From the IMG/VR virus record IMGVR_UViG_2579778884_000013: DNA of 39,745 nt; one strand, 5' to 3'. Below the pieces are notes generated by a model. That model saw nothing but the letters and a program-made list of their open reading frames with translations. It was not told where the DNA came from and searched no databases. The position numbers and the translations under genes were made by a program. This document shows, piece by piece, positions 7,919 through 16,520 of the stretch (the stretch's first letter is position 1; each line of letters begins with the position of its first letter). The stretch is from a virus (lineage: Duplodnaviria; Heunggongvirae; Uroviricota; Caudoviricetes).

Positions 7919-8080
7919 ATGAAAAAAGCATTTGCTGCACTGTTCGTTTTGTTGTCTCTGGTAGCTTCAACTCAGGCCTTTGCCGGTCGTTGTCAGCACG
8001 ACAGCGACACTGCTGCTGACGGCTCCCGCTGCGGTGGGCGTTCTGCGGATTCCCGCCCGGGTGGCGGTGGCATTCGTTAA
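7919..8080 (+). CDS. Possible small secreted peptide (53 aa) in GC-rich segment; alternatively a structured RNA
   Basis: Signal peptide MKKAFAALFVLLSLVASTQAFA then Gly/Arg/Cys-rich 31 aa; weak RBS; 9-bp hairpin at 7986-8008 inside ORF. Confidence 0.3.
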   Translation: MKKAFAALFVLLSLVASTQAFAGRCQHDSDTAADGSRCGGRSADSRPGGGGIR

Positions 8081-8102
8081 AAACAAGGCCGCGAAAGCGG
8101 CC
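8076..8102 (-). terminator. Rho-independent terminator of lipoprotein gene
   Basis: GGCCGC-GAAA-GCGGCC hairpin (8087-8102) followed on - strand by TTGTTTTTA; perfect palindrome GTGACATGTCAC (8104-8115) overlaps lipoprotein stop. Confidence 0.5.
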
Positions 8103-8111
8103 TGTGACATG

Positions 8112-8492
8112 TCACGCAACGCAATTATTACCGCGCCATGTAACATTTTTAATAATCTTATCAGCACCAAACTCAACGTAAACAGAGCAACTGAAATGGA
8201 GTGTATAACCGCCATCAGTTGTTGCGTATGTGTTTGAATATATAGTATTACCAATTAGATTAGACGTAGTATTATACGTTGTGGTTTGTGGTACGTTATA
8301 ACTACCAGAGCTTGAGTAAACATACACTCTGTTTCCATCTGGAGATGTAAGCTCTCCCTGAGGATACCCCCACTGCTGAACCATTGCGTCTATACTCTGC
8401 CCGCGCCACGTAAGCATATTTCTTTCAAACTGTGCAGCTGACTGGCATCCAACGAGAAGCATAAATCCAAAAATCAAAAATACTTTTCTCAT
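8112..8492 (-). CDS. Lipoprotein of unknown function (Ser/Thr/Asn/Tyr-rich mature domain); candidate lysogenic-conversion or superinfection-exclusion gene
   Basis: Signal peptide MRKVFLIFGFMLLVGC with lipobox LVGC; AGGGG RBS 5 nt upstream of ATG 8492; own terminator; encoded within accessory island between late genes. Confidence 0.6.
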   Translation of the reverse strand: MRKVFLIFGFMLLVGCQSAAQFERNMLTWRGQSIDAMVQQWGYPQGELTSPDGNRVYVYSSSGSYNVPQTTTYNTTSNLIGNTIYSNTYATTDGGYTLHFSCSVYVEFGADKIIKNVTWRGNNCVA

Positions 8493-8539
8493 AATTACCC
8501 CTATCATGGAAAAACAGCACCAATCCACAAATTAACTAG

Positions 8540-8728
8540 TTATTTTATTATTCTTCCGAACAATACAATTCCTAATACTACAAAGCCGAACCATGCCGCT
8601 GCACGCAACAGAGATTCCAATTGAAACCCATTTTTATCAAAATGTATGAATAGCATAAAAACGCTGCACATATTAGTACAATAAAAGTTATTTGAACCAT
8701 CATATCTCCTTTTATTGCGGAGTGACAT
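8540..8728 (-). CDS. Possible small membrane protein (62 aa)
   Basis: Start overlaps stop of upstream ejection-protein gene; C-terminal hydrophobic segment AAAWFGFVVLGIVLFG; AT-rich; weak support. Confidence 0.3.
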   Translation of the reverse strand: MSLRNKRRYDGSNNFYCTNMCSVFMLFIHFDKNGFQLESLLRAAAWFGFVVLGIVLFGRIIK

Positions 8729-11186
8729 CCTGTGGTCGCCACCAGTATGTCTGGTTAAACTCTTTCTTCGAACGTTGCTCCATTTTACGCAAATAGCCTG
8801 GTGAAAAATACTCCTGCATCTGGTTAAAGATCATGTGATCGAGAGCCGCCTTCAAGTACCAGAGATTCGCACCAGGCATCAAACCTTTCCCCAGCTTCAC
8901 CAGATCACCACCAGTCTGCTCACTCTTCCCTTCCACAGCATTTAACGGTATGCCCTGAGCAATCTTCACTACGTCATCAACCAGACCAGCTACCGGGCCA
9001 AGCATCGACGCCAGCGCGCCGCTTCCGTACCTAGTGTGATCTGACAATAAAAAGTCACCGTAAAGGCCAAGACCACCACCTTTCAGTAGAGCACCAAGCC
9101 AAAATTTAGCAGCATCTTCTCCTGTCATCTCGCGAGGATTACGACCAGACGCAAGGTCGTTAAGTTGCTGCGACAAAGCGCCAAGAATGGTCGTACTGGC
9201 AATAAACGTCGCAATATATGCCGCACGCCCACCAGCAGACGGCATACCCATAGCGCGTGACCAGTGACGCATAACCACCGAGATAGGGAACGATTTAAAC
9301 AGGAAAACACTTCTCGTTAATTCACCTTTCCATGTTCCACGCTGAATACCAGAACCGGTTATCAGTTGCTCACGTGCTCCCGGTGTAATAACAGCCATAT
9401 CAACTTCTTCAGTTACGGCACCGAGCAGTTTACGCATTGCCTCAAATTTCACGCGTTCAGGCTCACCAAGATGTTTAACTGCTGAATCAGGGATACGCAT
9501 AATGCTTTCCGGTGTCAGCATCGTATTATTGCCGTTCCCCCAGTCCTCCTGTTGCGCCAGCTTCCATACGCTCCAGTCTGTGTCAGTAATCCCTTTGCTT
9601 TTCAGGATACGAAAATCAGAATCATCGAGGCTACGAAGGTCTGGTGTCCGTGACACTACTTCTCCCAAGCTTCCCATCATGGTTACGCCATAGGCGCGCT
9701 TGTGCGCATCTGACCATGCTGTAAGCCCACTGGCACGCATTACCGCCGTTGCAGCCCAACGAGACACAGACGGCCCCATATTATCCATCGCCCAGCGGTT
9801 AACGCTGCCAAGTAGAGATTCCATCGCCAGACCAGCGCGGCGCGCCCGCGCAAGTTCTGTACGGTTCGTTGGGTCCATAGCTTCAAGCTGGTTGCGGAAT
9901 AACTGGTTCATTGGAAGGTTGGTAACCTTCGCAGACAGATACATGGTTCCAAGATCAGAGAACGATGACAGCAACGCGGATCCGAGTCTGCTGGCAACCA
10001 GCCAGTTGCGGATATTGTCAGACCATCGCGCGATGTGCGGATTCGCTACAGGCTGTGTCTTTCCGGAAATAAAGTTGTACAGATTCTCTGTGTTGTTCGC
10101 CAGCCGCTCGACTTTACCGGTTTTACTCGGGTTAGCTGTTGCCGTTTCTGCCTTCACCTGATCAAGAAGAGAGCGGAAAACATGATCGGGGTTTGGGCCA
10201 TATGTTTCCACCAGTGCAATATCTTTACTGATACCTTCCAGGTGACCGACCATGATTTCCCATAGAGAGCGATCGCCATAAAGTTGCTGATATTGAAGAT
10301 AGGAATCTGCATCTTTGAAATGTATCTGTCGTGATGCATTACCACGGTTAGCACGTGCGCCGGAAATTCGCATTCCGGTATCAGTAAGCTTATTCAACCC
10401 ACCAGTAGCGATCGTGTTATAAGCCTCTCCAAGAAATGCAGACAACTCGGCATCGTTCATCAGTTGTCCATCGGCTCGGGTATAATATTTGCGATCCAGC
10501 TTACCTATAACATCGCTAACCCATTTATCTTTTGATACCGCCCCAACCTTTTCCATAGAATGATGTTGAGGGATCCCCCAGTTTTCGAGATAGCCAATGT
10601 CCCCACCAGCATCATTAAACCGGCGGCGCAGCAGCTCTGTAACTTCTCTCCACGCCTTAGCACCTTTTCTTGCTTTAGCATTGCCAGTATTTTGCCCCCG
10701 CATTTCATATACCAGGTCACGTACGCCAGCTTCATCTTCAAACAGACCAAAAAAGCGAGGATCAACTGCTTCGAATGCCTCCTGCAATTGACTCAATGCA
10801 TAATCACGGGTGGCTTTTGTTCTGGATTCAACAGAGAGGAAATTCGATTTACCGTCTGCATTAAAAGCAATAGTACGGTTAAGAGCGCCAAGTTTCCCAT
10901 CAGCCCCTTGATAGCTATTGATAAATTTATCCAATCTCTGACGTGCGGCTATAGTGAGGGCCACACGACGTTTCTTTAATGCCGCTTCTCGCTGTAATTC
11001 TTCAGATGCCAATTGTGCTGCACGATATAGCCGCTCTGATTCGGAAAGTTGTCTCCACGACATCGGGTCATCACGAGCAATAGAGCGCATATTTCGATAA
11101 ATGCGGTCTTCAATGTTCTGTATTTCTCGCGCCGTTAACGTGCGCTGCGCCGCCTGCTGGACCGCTTGTATACATTCCTGTCTCAT
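8712..11186 (-). CDS. Large internal virion (ejection/core) protein, T7 gp16-position
   Basis: 824 aa; AGAGG RBS; C-terminal hydrophobic/Gly-rich segments; position between tail-tube genes and tailspike. Confidence 0.6.
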   Translation of the reverse strand: MRQECIQAVQQAAQRTLTAREIQNIEDRIYRNMRSIARDDPMSWRQLSESERLYRAAQLASEELQREAALKKRRVALTIAARQRLDKFINSYQGADGKLGALNRTIAFNADGKSNFLSVESRTKATRDYALSQLQEAFEAVDPRFFGLFEDEAGVRDLVYEMRGQNTGNAKARKGAKAWREVTELLRRRFNDAGGDIGYLENWGIPQHHSMEKVGAVSKDKWVSDVIGKLDRKYYTRADGQLMNDAELSAFLGEAYNTIATGGLNKLTDTGMRISGARANRGNASRQIHFKDADSYLQYQQLYGDRSLWEIMVGHLEGISKDIALVETYGPNPDHVFRSLLDQVKAETATANPSKTGKVERLANNTENLYNFISGKTQPVANPHIARWSDNIRNWLVASRLGSALLSSFSDLGTMYLSAKVTNLPMNQLFRNQLEAMDPTNRTELARARRAGLAMESLLGSVNRWAMDNMGPSVSRWAATAVMRASGLTAWSDAHKRAYGVTMMGSLGEVVSRTPDLRSLDDSDFRILKSKGITDTDWSVWKLAQQEDWGNGNNTMLTPESIMRIPDSAVKHLGEPERVKFEAMRKLLGAVTEEVDMAVITPGAREQLITGSGIQRGTWKGELTRSVFLFKSFPISVVMRHWSRAMGMPSAGGRAAYIATFIASTTILGALSQQLNDLASGRNPREMTGEDAAKFWLGALLKGGGLGLYGDFLLSDHTRYGSGALASMLGPVAGLVDDVVKIAQGIPLNAVEGKSEQTGGDLVKLGKGLMPGANLWYLKAALDHMIFNQMQEYFSPGYLRKMEQRSKKEFNQTYWWRPQDVTPQ

Positions 11187-11191
11187 TTAAT

Positions 11192-12994
11192 TTAACCTCT
11201 CAAGAAACACGCCACAGCGACATCAAACAGGCTGGAATCCTGTATTGCCTGCTCACTTTCCCTGTTCGCTTCATCCAGTACTTCACGCGCGCTGCGCGAT
11301 TGTGGATTACCATCATCATCCAGCACGGTGATTATCATGTCAGGTGATTCAAGCAGCGAGTCTTCAGCTATGCGCAGATCAATATCTCCTGCCTTATCTG
11401 ACATCATTTTTTGTTCTGCCTGTTGCAATATTTTATCAGGCTCAAAAGGAGCTACTTCGTCTGGCGTCCTGACCTCTGCTGTTTTATAGAATGAAACAGC
11501 CTGAGCATTAAGTTCACTTTCTGCCTGCTGTCTCCGAGCCAGTTCTGCTCGAGCTTCAAAAAGCTGACCGCCAGGCTCGTGCGGTGCCAACGCGTTACGG
11601 GAAAATTCCAGGCGTTCTTGTGCCTGCCGGATTCGTTGATCAATATCGCGAAGTCTGGCCTGTTTATCTGATCGAGCACGAGACAAAGCTTTACCGCTAC
11701 CGGTTGGCTCTTCTGCAAGAATTTGTGCACGCTGTTCAGTGAGATTTTCAATAATTCGTTGGCTATTAGCGATTTCAGACTGGTAAACCTGTCTATCTCC
11801 ACGCGGCAAAAGCTGCGCGGCCTGTTCTTCAAGCAACCGATTTTCTATAGCGCGCGCCGTTACTCCATCATCTACAGATGACAGAGCCTCATTAACTGCC
11901 TGAGACAGCAGACTCTTGCGCCCAGGAATTTCACTGAAAGATGCAGACTCAACAATGCTGGCAACGTCTACAGGTCTCCCCTGGCTAACATCAGACATAG
12001 CTTTTCGCAGAGCCTGAATGTGAGAATTGCGCGAAAGCACGTTGATCGGCACGCCGGGCGCAATATCAATTTCAGCATGATGAGCGGCATTCGCCGCCAG
12101 TGCAGCATCGATATCAACTGGTGAAAAATTTGGTGCGTTTGTAGACTCGCCGCGAGAGTTAATAAATCTGCCGACACCACCAAACGCCACCCCAAGAACA
12201 GCATCAATAGCAATTGCCTGTCGATCCAACACATCATACTGGTTAGCCATTTCGCTATAGCCACCATCACGAAGCGTTTTTGCAGTAAGCCCACGCTGTG
12301 CCATACCGAACGCAATATTTGTACCTGCGGCATAGGCAATATCTGGCGTTGCACGTACTGCTGTTGCTGCGGCGCGTCGTACTGAACTTTCACCCGTCCG
12401 CGCGAGCTGAGCCGCCACACCTTCCGCCAGCGCACCACCAGCACGTAACCCGAGGCTCATAGGGATCAATGTCCCGGCCCCAGCAGTAATGCCCTGCACT
12501 AATCCCGCTTCCTGCGCTGTCCTGAAATCAACACCCTGTGCTGTCAGCCGTTCAAACTCAGAAAAACCCTGTAGCGAAGTTACCGCCGCTGCACCTCCGA
12601 CAGGACCACCGAGCGTTGTACCGACAACAGCCTGCCCGCCCATATCGAACAACCCATAAAGAACCTGCCCGGCGGTTCCGGTTGTCGCGGCATCAGGCGT
12701 CAGCCGCTTAACCTGCTGCTCTGCTAGTTTTCTCTGCTCGGCAATGTATGAAACTGAAGTGTCATTGAGCGAGGTGTTTTCGTTAACAAACTGAGCAATC
12801 GGGGATACGATTTTATCCATCCCTGCCCATAGCAACTGATCTGGCTTTGCCACCAGCCCGGAGTACAAACCAGACAATGCCGCTCCTACAGCATTGTCGA
12901 AAAAACCAACATCGCTGTTAAAGCCAGCTGGATTTGATACTGCTTCGTCAAGCTGCTGATTCTGGTTTACTGGATTAAGGCCAAAGTAACTCAT
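11192..12994 (-). CDS. Internal virion (ejection) protein
   Basis: 600 aa, Ala/Gly-rich; start overlaps upstream stop (ATGA); position in ejection-protein block. Confidence 0.55.
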   Translation of the reverse strand: MSYFGLNPVNQNQQLDEAVSNPAGFNSDVGFFDNAVGAALSGLYSGLVAKPDQLLWAGMDKIVSPIAQFVNENTSLNDTSVSYIAEQRKLAEQQVKRLTPDAATTGTAGQVLYGLFDMGGQAVVGTTLGGPVGGAAAVTSLQGFSEFERLTAQGVDFRTAQEAGLVQGITAGAGTLIPMSLGLRAGGALAEGVAAQLARTGESSVRRAAATAVRATPDIAYAAGTNIAFGMAQRGLTAKTLRDGGYSEMANQYDVLDRQAIAIDAVLGVAFGGVGRFINSRGESTNAPNFSPVDIDAALAANAAHHAEIDIAPGVPINVLSRNSHIQALRKAMSDVSQGRPVDVASIVESASFSEIPGRKSLLSQAVNEALSSVDDGVTARAIENRLLEEQAAQLLPRGDRQVYQSEIANSQRIIENLTEQRAQILAEEPTGSGKALSRARSDKQARLRDIDQRIRQAQERLEFSRNALAPHEPGGQLFEARAELARRQQAESELNAQAVSFYKTAEVRTPDEVAPFEPDKILQQAEQKMMSDKAGDIDLRIAEDSLLESPDMIITVLDDDGNPQSRSAREVLDEANRESEQAIQDSSLFDVAVACFLRG

Positions 12995-15504
12995 TGCGGA
13001 ATATCTCCGGAGAATCTCTGACGCTTCTGTGTCAGATCAAGAACAACAGGAGAACCATCATCCTTCAGCAGATATCCAGTCCCAAGTTTTACCAGGTACT
13101 GACTATCGCCGTAACTTTGCAAACCATACTGACCAGGCGGTGTTTTTATCCCTGTGCCGACAACTTGTTCATTCCAAGCCTGATTAACCTGCTTATCGAA
13201 TTGCTCTGCAGACATTCCCCACGGCAAAAGGACATTCCCCATTCCGTTATAGTCATGCACGCCACCTGTAGCTACGTTAACAGCCTGTTTCCAGATATCA
13301 TTGTCAATTTCGCCTGATACCACGCCTTTTTTCGCCATCACACCAGCGTAATAGTCCTTTGCGATCTCGTATGCCATTGATGCCCCCTGAGCATCACCAG
13401 CAAATGCATCCTTCACCATGTGAGAAAACTCAAGGCGAAGATCAGCATCTTTAGGCATCGGAATACCTTTCGCATCATCAGTACCTTTACGAGCCGCCGC
13501 GCCAGCAAGAATTGTCTGCGCAGCGGTTTCAGGTGACACGGAAACATCCGGATTAAACCAGTTTTTTTCTGCCAAAATACCACCAGGTTTATCCATCAGT
13601 ATCCCGGCAACGGCAGCAGATGGAGCGTTGGCACTGATCTGCTGTAGTGCTGACATATACACCTGCCCACCACCAGTGCTTTGCCTGATGGTATCGAGAT
13701 ATGCTGCCTGTTGGGAAACGGGCGCATCACGAAAGAAAACACCGATCTGATTGGCCTCGTCTTTGGAAAAGAACGTCAGTGGAGTGCCATATGACTTGGC
13801 AAGGTCACTGACCTGAGCGGCACGCAAGGCAACGCTCTGTCCAAAGTTATCCTTATTGCTCATGTCGATAGGCTTTGCCTGTCCGGCGGCAAGAGAGAAC
13901 TGCACAGGATCCGACTGCCGCTGCTTTATCACCTGATTTGCAGCCGAAACAACGTTGTCATAAAGAGCTGCGCGTGCCGCATACCCCTCCCCTGTCTCAC
14001 CAGTATCCGGGCGTAATTGCTCAACATATGCTGTAATGCTGCTTGTCGGCATGTTGCGGAAAGAGCCTATATACTGTCCGGCGATCTGCGTATTTCTGAA
14101 CTCGGTATATCGCAGGTTTCCTTCTCTGACACCATAAGCTGCAATAAAATCAGCCTCACCAGGTGGATTAGGAAATTCAACGCCACGCATATACGCAGCC
14201 GTCGCATCGCGAACCTGGCTGTCAATCATCGTTTTATATTCAGCCTGCTGCTGCCGACGCAGTTGATCCGCCTGTCGCATATAACTTGCCTGCGCCTCAG
14301 GAGATGCCGCATCGAATGCTGCATTACCGGTATAGCGTTTGGTGTTGGTTGGAATTGTTGATAAACCAAGTGCTGCACTGACACCAGCAGTTAACTGCTG
14401 ATCACTGTATGGCTGGCTACCGTTCTCATGATGGATAATGGCTGCACAAAGCGCCTTCAGGGTATCAGGATTTGATGCATCGAGAGGCTCATCAGCAGAA
14501 ACGCCAAGTTGTTCGCACACTGCTTTGATATACGACATAGTGTCATTTTTATCAGTAGGCGGTGCCCAGCGATTAATTATCTCGCTGACTGTATCAATAC
14601 CCTGCCGCTGATACGACATCAGGTTCCGCCCTAATGCACGAATCCCGTGTTCAGGTGTTTCGAATTTAGCAAATCGACCATCATCACCGGTCTGGCCTAC
14701 CCACGGATTAGTTTTGCTGTATTCGAGATTTCCTGGGTTATTGTTGCGTATGCCACGGGCACGCTCGGAAGAGTCACTATCTGCTACAGCACGGCGAGCT
14801 CCAGCAGCAGTATCACTTAACTCGCCATTACTTTGGATGAATGCGGTCGCATTGTTTGCCGACCACTGGGACAATGCAGCATCAGCAACCTTCTCTTTAA
14901 ACTCGATTTTCTTGGCCTGGATTTGCTCGTCACTCCAGCCATGTGCAATGCCGTAATCCTCAATTTGCTGGAAAGTTTGCTTATTAGCCAATACGTATGC
15001 GGCGTTGTCGCCATACAATGCTGCGGCATTTTTACCATTGTTCAGCAGCGCAGCCTGAAACTGGCCTTCTTCGTAGGCATTTATTTGCCCTATCTCGTGC
15101 CGCCCTGCCTGCGTAGTGAACTGAATGCGCTGCTGCTGCGCCTGCTGCATGAAAGCATTACGAGCCTGTTCATCCGGCAGCGACATAGCCAGTTGTTCGA
15201 CCTGAGCATCAAACTGCTGCGTATACTCCTGACCTTTTCCAATAGCATTTTTCCCTTTCAGGTTAAGCAATCCTGTTTCAGGATTATTCAGCAGATCGCT
15301 GCTTATCTGGCTTAAGCTAAGAGAAGCATCCTGAGCCATAGCAACATTCGCACGCTGTTTTGCCTGCGCAATAATACCTGCATATTGCTCTGCAACATCG
15401 CCAAGTACATCACCGACATTTAGTGTCTGAAACGATGAGAATCCCTGCGTCGAAATCCCTCTGCTCTGAACCTGACGGCCCGATGTTGTTGGTACAACTG
15501 GCAT
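12991..15504 (-). CDS. Large internal virion protein with conserved RNNNPGNL region (possible cell-wall-targeting domain, unverified)
   Basis: 837 aa; AAGGGG RBS; motif ARGIRNNNPGNLEY...GIRALGRNL; gene order matches T7 gp15/gp16 region. Confidence 0.55.
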   Translation of the reverse strand: MPVVPTTSGRQVQSRGISTQGFSSFQTLNVGDVLGDVAEQYAGIIAQAKQRANVAMAQDASLSLSQISSDLLNNPETGLLNLKGKNAIGKGQEYTQQFDAQVEQLAMSLPDEQARNAFMQQAQQQRIQFTTQAGRHEIGQINAYEEGQFQAALLNNGKNAAALYGDNAAYVLANKQTFQQIEDYGIAHGWSDEQIQAKKIEFKEKVADAALSQWSANNATAFIQSNGELSDTAAGARRAVADSDSSERARGIRNNNPGNLEYSKTNPWVGQTGDDGRFAKFETPEHGIRALGRNLMSYQRQGIDTVSEIINRWAPPTDKNDTMSYIKAVCEQLGVSADEPLDASNPDTLKALCAAIIHHENGSQPYSDQQLTAGVSAALGLSTIPTNTKRYTGNAAFDAASPEAQASYMRQADQLRRQQQAEYKTMIDSQVRDATAAYMRGVEFPNPPGEADFIAAYGVREGNLRYTEFRNTQIAGQYIGSFRNMPTSSITAYVEQLRPDTGETGEGYAARAALYDNVVSAANQVIKQRQSDPVQFSLAAGQAKPIDMSNKDNFGQSVALRAAQVSDLAKSYGTPLTFFSKDEANQIGVFFRDAPVSQQAAYLDTIRQSTGGGQVYMSALQQISANAPSAAVAGILMDKPGGILAEKNWFNPDVSVSPETAAQTILAGAAARKGTDDAKGIPMPKDADLRLEFSHMVKDAFAGDAQGASMAYEIAKDYYAGVMAKKGVVSGEIDNDIWKQAVNVATGGVHDYNGMGNVLLPWGMSAEQFDKQVNQAWNEQVVGTGIKTPPGQYGLQSYGDSQYLVKLGTGYLLKDDGSPVVLDLTQKRQRFSGDIPQ

Positions 15505-15516
15505 CTTATTATCCCC

Positions 15517-16056
15517 TTATCGACCGGTTGGAGTGCCAACAGCAGCAGAAATCGGCGCAGCCTTCTGAGAGAACGGGCTCCACGTTCCTCCGCCCATCTG
15601 GTATGCACCGTATGCTTTTAGTGGTGCCGTTAACAAAGTGCTGGTCATCGATGATTTAGCAGCCGACTGAGCAGCAGCCCCCTGTGCCCGAGCATTCATT
15701 CCCTGAACCTGATACCCATATGCCTCACGCTGAGCGTTATTCACTGTCGTTAACGCATCAAGAGTGCCGAACTGAGCATTATCCGCAAAAACGTCAAGAG
15801 CTGTTCCGCTACTTAATTCCGCACCGGTAGCCCCCATAGTGGCCGCCGCAGTGCCTGAGCGTTGACGCATTTCACGACGACGCTGATCCGCTTCAATATT
15901 CCCACGATTGATTGAATCCTGTGCCTGAGCTTCAGCAATTTCAGCATTCCGATCAGCTATGGCTGACTGGTATTTTGCCTGCTTGCTCTGGCTGTACATT
16001 GACGCGGCTGTGGATGCCACTGTGACGGCAACCAAAGCGATGGCTGGGTTACACAT
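15517..16056 (-). CDS. Internal virion protein with N-terminal transmembrane helix (T7 gp14-position)
   Basis: N-terminal hydrophobic helix IALVAVTVASTAASM; Ala/Gln-rich; GGAGAG RBS; 1-nt overlap with upstream gene. Confidence 0.5.
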   Translation of the reverse strand: MCNPAIALVAVTVASTAASMYSQSKQAKYQSAIADRNAEIAEAQAQDSINRGNIEADQRRREMRQRSGTAAATMGATGAELSSGTALDVFADNAQFGTLDALTTVNNAQREAYGYQVQGMNARAQGAAAQSAAKSSMTSTLLTAPLKAYGAYQMGGGTWSPFSQKAAPISAAVGTPTGR

Positions 16057-16520
16057 TATTTTCTCTCCATGTGAAATCTGTGGAAATTAAGACCAAGAGC
16101 ACCATAAGGCGCGGCTTCTTCAAGCCTGAATCCAAGCCAGTGCAGCCATGCTTTGGCAACATGGTTTCGCTCGTCGACGTAGTTTTCCAGGCGCGGATAA
16201 ACTGCCAGCATCTGCTGCAATACAGGGCGGCAGTGGCGAAGAAATGTCTTCTGATATTTTTCGATACGGCTGGTTCCGACCAGCCAGGGCGTACCATTGC
16301 CACCGATCATTGACGCCGGAGATACGCCAAACATGGTTACCAGTTCTCCGTTCGCAAATCCTGACCAGGCCATAGTCGCAGTACGCAGACCAACACGCAG
16401 CGCATCTTCGGTAGTCATCAGCGATACCGCATACAGTTCGTCAATATCAGCCTGACGAACATCCGGCAAAATCATCTGAAGATGCTCTTCGGTTGCGGGA
16501 ATAATTTGAACATCGATCAT
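16056..16520 (-). CDS. Small virion protein (internal virion protein A-like, possibly GNAT-like fold)
   Basis: 154 aa; translationally coupled to tail tubular B-like gene; C-terminal WLHWLGFRLEE resembles acetyltransferase-fold proteins. Confidence 0.45.
   Translation of the reverse strand: MIDVQIIPATEEHLQMILPDVRQADIDELYAVSLMTTEDALRVGLRTATMAWSGFANGELVTMFGVSPASMIGGNGTPWLVGTSRIEKYQKTFLRHCRPVLQQMLAVYPRLENYVDERNHVAKAWLHWLGFRLEEAAPYGALGLNFHRFHMERK

Noticed and set aside
7847-8254. Overlapping ORFs 7847..8080 (GTG start in terminator T-run), 7967..8254 (-) and 7980..8237 (+)
   Set aside because: Mutually exclusive frames in a GC-rich segment; only the 7919 ATG frame has a signal peptide, and even that is kept at low confidence. 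The others start inside terminators or run through the lipoprotein terminator.
9125-12444. Nested and antisense ORFs inside the ejection-protein genes (e.g. 9700..10161, 10560..10979, 11452..11832, 11968..12444)
   Set aside because: All lie within long continuous genes with strong RBS and coupling; no independent signals.
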